Assembly (NCBI GenBank): GCA_012026655.1
Contig: JAAILG010001030.1
Coordinates: 1-64,000, forward strand
Reading direction: 5' to 3'
Length of the DNA: 64,000 nucleotides
From: Hydrolagus affinis
Lineage: Eukaryota
Shown in pieces: positions 54,333 through 64,000 of this stretch. Both the position numbers and the translations under genes were made by a program. How positions within the stretch are numbered: the stretch's first letter is position 1; each line of letters begins with the position of its first letter. The notes under the pieces were generated by a model that saw nothing but the letters and a program-made list of their open reading frames with translations, had not been told where the DNA came from and did not search any database.

Positions 54333-55789
54333 CTCAGATTACTCCTTTGAATGCTCTCCATGGCACTGTCCTTAACCTTCTAAACTCAAGGGAATAGAGA
54401 TTAAGTTTGTGCAACCTGACCTCATAATTTAACCCATTGGAGTTAAATAGGGATTAAACCAAGGTCAATTTCTGTTATGCATGTTCAGTGTCACACTGTA
54501 CAGTGAAGTTATTATCTGTAAGATTAAGGAAGATTCAAAAGCTTCTTGTAGGCCAAGTGGTAAAAATTGGGATGATTTGCCTTAAAAAAATTACCTCTCT
54601 CTTTCTGTGGAAGATCCTGGTATGCAATGCATATAATTTTCTTACAGATAGGGTGCAATTTTAGAAAGGGTACCTCACAATGTAGGGAATTGTGTGAATT
54701 TAATCATGCTGTAAATCGCTTCAACACATCCTTTAAAAAAACAGATTTTCCACCCAGACTATGTACTTTGTAATGTCTGGCTGTGATCTCATTACAAACA
54801 TGAGAGAATAATTTCTTTTGGAACCTATCTGACGCAAGCGAGATGTACTCGAAGATATAAATTTTGGATAAAGACATAGGATTTGGTGAGATTACCTAGG
54901 AAGTCATTAAACATGTAAGAATATGCTTGTCAGAATGTTCCTGCCAATTTATATTAAACAAATATGATTAATTGTAGGTAGGAACAGGTAGCATTTACCA
55001 ACTGCTTTATTATTTTCCTCAAAATCATTATTTAAAATAAACCCAAGTAATAAGTAAATCAATCCTTAAATCTTGGTACAGTATTAATATTTTTTCATGC
55101 TACTACTGAAGGCAAACAACTTCATGACACCAGTGTCTGCTTTGTCACTTGTTTGATATGAAGTGGTTGAAATCCGTTCCCTATTGATGTCAATAGGTGG
55201 ACGTGAATGAAAGCCATTTTTGCAAGTGGAACAGATATTTCAATCATCGCTTTCTGATCCTCTCAGCTGGCAAATGGTTCATGCTGCAGTAGACAATTAT
55301 TAATCCCTGTTTCGCTGTGACACATCCAATATCAGCGTAACACCTAATATTTGGACACTGAGGCGCAATGTTGGCATCGCATTGTTCACCTCGATTCATC
55401 CTACAATTATCAGCACTTTAAAAGGACATAGCCTACAGTTTGCTGTGAATAGGTCAGAATGATGGTATTATTATAGGAAGTATATTGGATTCCATTTCTC
55501 TGTTCCAGAAGAAAGCCATTAAAGTAGGTTTATAGCTCTTTTCAGTGATAGGCTTGTATATTTAAGAGCAACTTCAAGCAGGTAGAATTGTATTTAAATA
55601 AACTCTAACAACCCATGGAACAAGCAGGTGTAGCTAGTGTGAGAATTAAAATACCACTATTGCCTTATTGATATATATTTCTCTCTCCATTCTTCATTTA
55701 GTAAATTTAAGATATTCTTGTAACATGAAATGTTATTTTTGTAAACCAACTGGCATTGAATCCTCAAAAAATGTTCCATGGACCATCTT

Positions 55790-57120
55790 TGCTCTCAAAT
55801 TACCATCCCATCTCCAACCTCCTTTTCCTTTCCAAGATTCTTAAATGAATCGTTACTTCCCAGTTTTGCTCCTTCCTTTCACGACATTCCCTATGCAAAC
55901 TCTCCAATCGTGGATAATCAGTGATTCGGGCCCGAGCTGGAGGTTGGGATTGTGGAGGGTGGAGGACAGCGGAGGAAGGAAGGTGATCGAGGGCATGATT
56001 GAAAAGGAGGGTTTTAAGATGGGTCTTGAAGGAGGCAAAGGAGGGGGTGAAGACCATAGCGCAAAAGCTGGTCAAAGTGACAAATGACACTTTTTCCATC
56101 TGTGACCATATGTGTAAAAGTCTCCTCATCCTCCTTTATCTCTCTCTGCTGCTTTTCATACATTTGACCACTCTATCCTCTTCTACCGCCTCTCCTTTCA
56201 TTTCAACATTCATGGTTCTGTCCTTGAATGATTGAGAATCCTACAACTAACACTGTCTCTACCTTGTTTCTACAAATGGATTCTACTCAGGTATCTGTCC
56301 TTGATCCTTCCTTCTTCAAATTATACGTGCTGCTTCTTGGTGACATCATCCGCAGACATGTTTGTGGATGACATACAACTTTATCTCTCAGTCATCACCC
56401 TTGATTCCAGGACAACTGCCCTCCTCGCGGACACCAAGGTCTGGATGTGAGCAAACTTTCTACAGTTGAATGTCAACAAGACTGAGGCCCTCCTGCTTGG
56501 TTCCCATTAGCGCCTCCATACCTCAGGCACTGACAGCATCTTCCTCCTTAGATGCACTCTACATCTCAGAGCCAATATGGAACCTCGGCATTCTCTTCGA
56601 CCATTAATTGTCTTGCATACCCCACATCCATGCCATGGCTTACTCCATCTTTCCTCACCTATAAAACACTGCTTGGCTACATCACTGTCTCACACTGCAG
56701 GCCACAGAGGTTGCAGTTCAAGATTTTGGTCTTTACTTTCAAAACCCTCCATGACCATGCTCCTCCCTACTTCTGCAACCTCCTAACCCCTTACCAACTG
56801 ACCTGCTCCCTCCATTCAGTGGGCCTGCTTCGTGTCTCCTGCCTCACATGTCCCACCATTGGCTGGCGGGCCTTCAACCACACTGCTCCATCCTCTGGAA
56901 CTGTATCCCACAGTGCTTCCACCTTGCCTCCTCCCTTGCTTCCTTCAAGACCCGTCTCAAAACCCTCCTCTTCATCCGTGCCTTCAATCACCTTCCTCGC
57001 TTGCCACACTATTGAGTTGTCACCCCCCCGCGCCCCCAATCCTGACCCTCAGCTCGGGTTTGAATCACTGACTGTCCAGTGCCTTGGGATGTCCTCCTGA
57101 TGGGAAAGGGGCTATACAAA
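55790..57120 (+). mobile_element. L2 LINE (RT to 3' end) interrupted by an inverted L2 3'UTR at about 55905-56050
   Basis: Encodes NYHPISNLLFLSKIL, LVKVTND, FVDDIQLYLS and LQFKILVFTFKTLH, with a type-A tail near 57075-57120. Confidence 0.88.
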
Positions 57121-57129
57121 CTCTGACAT

Positions 57130-57605
57130 TTGTATCCTCTCCTGCACCATGCTCCATGACCACATCACTACCACTTGCCTGGCTCCACTGGTTCTCCATC
57201 CCACAGAGAATAAAATTCAAAATCCTCATCTTCTCCTTCAAGATCCTCCACGGCCTTGTCCCTTCCTACCTCTGTGACCTGCTATCTCTTTATCATCCTT
57301 CTGTTCAGCAGTCTCCAGCCTGCTCCATGGCCCTGTCTCCTGGCCCACCGCACCATCGGTAGTTGGGCCTTCAGCATCTCTGCCCTCCACCCACCCTACA
57401 CTTTGGAACTCTGTCCCACATTCCCTTTGCCTCGTTCCCTCCCTTGCCTCATTCAAGGCACATCTCAAGGCCCTCTGGTTCGACTGTGCCTCTGGCCATT
57501 GACCTACCCTCCCTGTTCTGCATCCTCCTTGTTCCCATTGCCCCCACTACTCAGGCCCGACTGTCCAGCACCTTGGGACTTCCTCACGACATGAAAGGCG
57601 CTATT
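57130..57605 (+). mobile_element. Second tandem L2 3' fragment
   Basis: Encodes LHWFSIPQRIKFKILIFSFKILHGLVPSYL, with tail ...ctgtccagcaccttgggac...gaaaggcgct. Confidence 0.88.
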
Positions 57606-57963
57606 TTTCTATTGTACTGTAATATCGTCTTCTGATGGTTATAAGATTCTGTGTAAAATAAATTGCCAGCGTCAGCTTCATTCCTGTTGGGAGTAGATCC
57701 AAAGCACAAAACTGCTTATCATCAGCAGGATTTGTTAACAGAATTCAGAGAACTTATAAGGAAAATAGTAACATTCACCTCTGTGCAATTTGGATGGCTA
57801 CAGAATCAGGCTTGACTTTTATCTACTGTCGGTGTGCTTATTAGGTATCCAGACCTGAAAACAACATTCCATTGTCTGACTACACCTGCATCAACAAGAA
57901 CAAATGAAAGTATAACATTTAAACATGATTCCACAGATGTGATAACCAAGGTATAAATATTCA

Positions 57964-58162
57964 GCAACAACAACAACTTGCATTTATACAGTGCCCTCCA
58001 TGTCGGGTAGCATCTCAAGCCACTTAATAAATGGCAGAGCCGAGACTGAGCCAGGTGGGAGGGGGAAAGTGACCATAGGTGTGATCAAAGAGGAAGGTCT
58101 TCAGGTGCACCCAGACGATGGGGAAGGAGGGGGAGAGGTGAAGGGGTTGAGGGAGGGAGTTC
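57964..58162 (-). mobile_element. L2 3' end, tail type B
   Basis: caacaacaacaacttgcatttatacagtgccctccatgtcggg... The same tail occurs at about 2135-2190, 17650-17713, 34023-34100, 43820-43880, 44645-44700 and 47570-47622. Confidence 0.75.
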
Positions 58163-59270
58163 ATAGTCAAACTAACCATGAACTCATCACATAGCAGGAG
58201 CTGAAGTGAACTTAGATGATAGAAAGAGATCAGCTTCCTCCAAATGATGGGTACATAATAATTTACAGGTCATGCGTTGTAAAATATAAAACCGCACCAA
58301 GACTTTGATTAGCTTTGTAATGACAGTGCAGTACTACATTATAAAAAATATCCAAAGTGCATACAATCTTCCATTATATACAGGTGAGGAATTCCTCTGT
58401 TACCTGGCATTCTGTCAATCAGCGAGGGGAAAAACAGTCATATATTAGCTTTCTTTAAACCTTTGGAGAGTTCTCTGCCAATAATGAACATAATTTAATT
58501 AAAAATGAACTCGCAGCACTTTCAGCACGTTAATGTGATTTCCCTTCCTTTGATTTAACACCGCAATTAGGTCAAATGATCAATACAAATCTCTTTTGCA
58601 TTTTGCGACGTGAACATTGTTTATCAAACTGCTTAGCATTACAACCAAATGCCCTTCTCACAATATATTACAATCAATCGCAGCTACAAATCAGTTCACT
58701 AAGGCTGGCGGACTAATCCGCATTACCTTGTAAATCATAATTATCTCTCATAGCAGAACATATAAACATCTTTGAATATTACTGTGAATTAACTTTAGTG
58801 TTGTGTTTGTTGGATCACTTTAGCTGACTTTACGAATTATATTAAAACAAACACACCAACATCAGTCTAAAATCCCTACAGGCTTTACATGCCAATGATA
58901 ACCATATCATTGAATATTGCAGAGTTTAGCTGTCATTTTTCTTTTTCTCTTTAGAAATATGCACACAAATCCTTTGATGTCTAATTTTCTGGAAAAATAT
59001 GCAGCATCAGAGTAAGGCTGCTTTAATGACCTGCAATCCATGTTTGTTCAACAGCAATTAAAGTAACTTTCTTGAATTTAGATCAATAAATATGCTAATT
59101 AACTCAAGTAGTTATCTTTTTACTTTTGGAAGCTTTGATATCGAAAGCACTTTGTAAAAATGAGTGAACCAAAATCTGATTTGATGTCTGGTCTGAATCA
59201 AATTGACCAAAGCACTTTGAATAGAGGCATTGTGTTTTTTTGATGACTTGGTTGGTAACTCCACTGTGAA

Positions 59271-59607
59271 ATAATAATAATAATAATCATTGCATTTGAT
59301 ATAGCGCTTTTCACATCTTATCAACGTCCCAAAGCGCTTCACAGAATATAGTGTAAAGTGAATTGACTGTTTTTATTTGTGGACGAATTGCAGCAGCCAC
59401 ACAGCAGTGTCCCACAAACAGTTGTGGATTGAAATGACCAATTTTATTATTGTGTTTTTTTTGGAGGGATTATTATTAGGCATGTGGAGTAAGGAAACTT
59501 GCCCAAGGTTTTGCCCTGACCTGCCTAGATTCGAACACAGGTCTCCCTGGCTTGGTCTCCCCAGCTTGCAAGACAAGTGCTCTAACCACTAAGCCACAGG
59601 AACTCCA
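59271..59607 (-). mobile_element. Full-length SINE2
   Basis: Full match, with a small internal duplication ggtctccctggctt/ggtctccccagctt. Confidence 0.92.
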
Positions 59608-60075
59608 ATATGAAGCAGAACAAGTTTATAGTACAGACCTTCATGTTTAATTCACAGTCTGTGCTGATCTAAACCAGGGTAGCAGTTACACTTTAACCCA
59701 ATATACCAAAACAGGATGAGGGGCAAACACAATTGATCGCTGTGTAGTGCCCCCTACTGAGTGTCCCCTATTAGAAACAGGCTTCTCAACATTCATCACG
59801 TGTGTGTGAAATTGCCTGTACCTGAAGACAGCATTTTCAGGAGAGGTATGGACAAGGTAAAACATACAGAATAATAACACACATTTGACATAGTCTTTCA
59901 TACTTACATTCCTTACCATTACTGCAATAAAAACATTGTCCAATAAAATTTCCCAATCACTACTCCTAACCCAGCATGTGAATAAATGTTACCGTATATT
60001 CCGTTCTCAAAATACTGCATACATACATCAAGCATTTTTTTTTCTTCTCAATACAATGTATACAACTTGCATGTA

Positions 60076-60814
60076 CAGTAAAAGTCCATTTATCCGGCAC
60101 CCGCGGGACTTGGCCAATGCCGGTTAAAGCACCTGCCGGATATGCAGGAGGCCCGTGGCCGAAAACTTACAACACAAAAACTCAAGTTCTTTTAACACAC
60201 ACCATACACACCAAACTAAATAATAACAGATAATAATAGAATATTGTATTGGTACTTATTGTTAAAACTATTCTCTTGCGCTTCTCACCTTTACTGATTG
60301 AGGTTTACAGTCCAGCAATTCTTTTTTAAATGGAGGACGCCAAGTGGGTGAAAAAAACGGCAGCGCGATTTTAAAGTCGCACACTTTACTAGCAGCAAGC
60401 CTATAGCCCTAGACTCTACTAGCGGTAAACCAAAATACTGTACCTGCGTGACAATGTGGGTTATCAGCTAGCATTATAGCTTGCCTCTAGTAAGGCTTTA
60501 AAATCGCGCTCCATTTTTTTCATCTGCTTGGCGTGCTTCATTTTAAAAACAATTGCAGGACAAAAACCTCAACTGCAGCATCAGGGGTTCAAGCACAGCA
60601 TCTACTAGTAAAGGTGAGAAGCGCAAGAGAATAGTTTTAACAATAAGTACCAATACAATATTCTGTTATTATGTTATTATTTATGCATTTACAAATGCTC
60701 CACTGCTATTGTTCTGGATAAGTTACGGTTTATCGAATGGGGACTTTTTTTGGGGGCGTGCTGGTTATATGGAAGTGCCGGTTCATCGAGGCACGGATAA
60801 ACGGGCTTCTACAA
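60076..60814. mobile_element. Tigger/pogo MITE family A, long copy with internal palindrome
   Basis: TA|CAGTAAAAGTCCATTTATCCG ... CGGATAAACGGGCTTCTACAA|TA, with internal inverted arms at about 60215-60430 and 60460-60682. Confidence 0.88.
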
Positions 60815-61467
60815 TATATAGTGTCTTTCAAGTCAGTAGGATTTTTCAAAGTCTTAAATCTTAAATAAACTCTTAAAGTGACCACCTTCAGATACTCCAA
60901 ACATCTTCAATCTTCGATTTGAGGTTATCTCCTGTCTCTCCTTCTCTCAAGCAAATTCTTCAAAGCTTTCTCCTTTTCCTTATACAATGATTCAGCCAAG
61001 ATCATTTCAGCCCCCTGTATAAATATTTAAACATTTTAGTTTGCAGAATGAAAGTAAAGTCACGCACAATTTCAATGAGCAGAGTTGAAACCCTCATTGT
61101 ATTTCAGCAAAAACAAAGCAAAATTGATATATCCTACACTAATGTTAGCCAGATGGTCATTTCTGCAAGACTGACTTAGCTCCAACATTGCAGGCTTCCA
61201 ACAGACCTTGTGCAAGGTACAAGAACCTGACCGTCTGGCTGCTGTCACAATCTGAGGTAAATCTAAGACAGCTGCTTTAGTGATCAAAATGCTTTAGATT
61301 AAATAAGGGCCAAATAGTAGAATCAATAGCTGTACCTGCAACTATTGATTCGATAGTGTAATGCATTGCAACAGACTGGCAATGTGACCAACTAATGAGA
61401 TTGTTCCATGATGGGTGGGGGGTCCCATAAATGAGAGGGGGGCAAAGCCCAGGGTTATACTAGGCCA

Positions 61468-61790
61468 TAATAATAATCCTTGCATTTGGTAATAGTTCTT
61501 TATCACATCTTCAAAATGTCTCAAAGTGCTTCTCAGAATATACTGTAAAGTTAATTCACTGTATGTTTTGTAGGAGAAATGCGCCAGCCAATTGCTCAAA
61601 GCAGTGTCCCACAAACAGTCATAGATTGATTGACCCCTGGAAAAGCGATCCGCCAATCGAATAACAACCGAGTTTCCACTTCCTGCATTTGAATTAGGGA
61701 ACCTTCCCAATGTTACTCACTACCCGGGAATTGAACCCGGATCCTCTCGCTTGCAGGGTGAGTGCTTTAACCACTGTGTTACGAACTCCA
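61468..61790 (-). mobile_element. SINE2 variant with a divergent central segment
   Basis: tRNA-like head (61725-61790) and family tail, but 61632-61700 does not match the other copies. Confidence 0.8.
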
Positions 61791-64000
61791 TGGAAAACAC
61801 CCCCTGTGTTTCTTACTCAGTTCTTCACAGGAAACAAAGGAAGTCTGAGGCCTAACAGCATGGTCAAGCCAGGGCTTTTGTAGAGAAGGTCTGTGGAATA
61901 CAACTTGTTAGAGACAAGCGCCTTGGGACGTCCTCCCGACGTGAAAGGCGCTCTATAAATGTAATTTGTTGTTTGTTGTTGAGACTGGTGGCTCAGAGGG
62001 TCATGAGTACTTGTAATTATAAGTAGAGCAAGTTGTGTAAGGTGCATTGGTTCAACTGCAAACTCAAAGCCTGGATACACACTCCCTTTCCCATGTTCTC
62101 CCTTCCGCGCACTATGCTTGTTAGTATTATCAGACTATCATGGCTTTTGGAGGCTGCTGAAGGTTTCCCCTGTGTTAATAAACCACTTGATTTACAATCT
62201 AAGTCTGTAGTTGTGTGGGCTCAGTATCTCTCTGACTCTGCTAATCCATGGACCCCAGGGTTACAGCATTTCACCTAGAAATAGTTTTATGTTCAACTAC
62301 AGATCTTAAGTTGATTGAACACACAAGGCCTCTCCCTTTAAGCGGAGATCCAGCCAGAGTGGAAATGATCAATGCTTAATACAATATCAGCTAGTAGCCT
62401 ATATGAAAGAGAAACTTGTACTCTAATTGATTGAATATGAAATACAATTTTGAGATTCTGTCGAGAAAGAATCTCTTGTACCAGAGTATGAAGGTTTGCA
62501 CAAGATGCTTGTAGGAAACTAGGACTCAACTGTTATGTTCCAGCATTCAAACAGTCTGGCAGTATTCACTGTTATGATTTGTATGTGAATGTTGGCCAAG
62601 CGGACAACATGCTGATCGTTCACATCATCACATTGCTGCGTGCAAACTGACCAACGAATCAGCCCATGAATAGTCACTGCACTTGAAAGTAATGACTTGT
62701 AAAGCACTTTGAGACCTTTCGATGTATTAAATCAAACACAAGCATTATTAAAAGTTAAAACAAAATTTTATCTTGCCTTCTATTAATTACCACCTTGAGG
62801 ATCTATGGCACCCTTTCTTTCACCCAGTTTGTCCATCAAAGACATTTTCTCAAACAGCACTATGTATATTCATTATTGTTGAGATTTAAGATCCAGATCA
62901 CATCTATCTAAAACTTACATAGGAAGGTGTCATCCCATGTCATTTAAAATCACCATGTGACAGGAAATGAGTATCACGTTTGTGCAGATTTCTTGAGCAA
63001 TAGTATGATGAACGCTATGACTGATGCAATGGGAGAAGGTGGATTTGGGGTTGGGTGAGAATTAAAGCTAGGTATGGAAGGTGACATTGTTCTGTTTCAC
63101 TGTGGTTTGTCCTTTTATTCAAAGCATTCTTGCGGAAGTGATACTTCACAGTAGTATTCATTTGTTAGTCAGAATGAAGAGCACACACTACAGTTCGTGA
63201 CCTAATGAAGGCTAAACCCAAGCGTGTGTTCATGAGCTACCAATTAAAAATCTTTAAGTAATGAATTAAGATCGATAGAATATTTTGTCTTGAACCGCTG
63301 CTGTCTTAAGCATTAACCTACCCTCTGGTAAATGAGATTTCATTCATCTTTGATGCAATTGAACTTGTCCCATGTCAGAACGCTATTGGAAAAGTTACAC
63401 TTTTCAAGGCTACAATGCTCATGAATAAATGAGTTTGAGGCTTAGACTTTGTACTAGAACTGGATGAAAGCAAAAGAGAAATAACTTAAATATGACTATA
63501 GCTATTATTGTTGCCTGTTAAGTGCACAAATGAATTAACTGAGCTGACTTCATTGAGATGGGAAACATACATTTGGCTGTGTAGAGCAGGGAAGAAAATG
63601 TTTTATACATTACTTGAAAGTAGTATTCAGCATTGCCTTGATCCTGCTGTTTTTGTAAGATTTTACTTGTCTTGAATACAATTGAGTGTGTTTTTATGCC
63701 AAATGGCATCTCACAGCGATCAAGTCAATTTAAGAGCAAGAATAAATGATCCATACCTGTATGCCAAAAGGCTTAGTTTCTGAATAAATAAGTCTTGTTA
63801 GTTGAGATCTATTCAGTGTGATTGCTACTACTAACAGTGATATGCTGAAGATCCCCTTTAGCTCAAATGAATCAGCAGTCTGCAAGCTGTTCAGATGCAA
63901 CAGTTTGAGCATTATTTATGGGTTTTGGAAATTGTTCATTGAAGTGCAAAGTACAAGACCAATAACTCTGTCCTTTAAAATACAGGTGACTTTTGAAGTT

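Noticed and set aside
55180-55197. Palindrome CCTATTGA-TG-TCAATAGG
   Set aside because: Probably a remnant of an old palindromic DNA-transposon family. It is too short and has no definable ends.
32095-57635. ORFs of 110-223 aa at 32095, 34335, 34379, 56552 and 57256
   Set aside because: Frameshifted L2 ORF2 remnants or Pro/Ser-rich off-frame reads, not host genes.

Overview
AT-rich vertebrate genomic DNA. The repeat complement (abundant tRNA-headed SINEs with L2-type tails, Deu-domain/SacSINE1-like SINEs, L2 and CR1 LINE fragments, Tigger/pogo and hAT MITEs, Penelope-like ends) suggests a cartilaginous fish, probably elephant shark or another chimaera (inference). I can support only one protein-coding gene: HS3ST1 (heparan sulfate 3-O-sulfotransferase 1), minus strand. 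It has a single coding exon (CDS 24543..23596, 315 aa), a splice acceptor at 24662-24663, a candidate non-coding first exon and CpG-island promoter at about 28.3-29.2 kb, and a second intronic CpG island. The rest is gene-desert DNA with two 100-N gaps. I found no convincing novel multi-gene system. The most notable signals are a Tigger MITE with a large internal palindrome carrying transposase N-terminus remnants, several hammerhead-ribozyme-like cores, a covarying 3' stem-loop shared by three retroposon families, a uORF just before HS3ST1, an orphan spliceable exon and a motif-dense candidate enhancer. Repeat boundaries were read by eye and are approximate unless a TIR or TSD is quoted.
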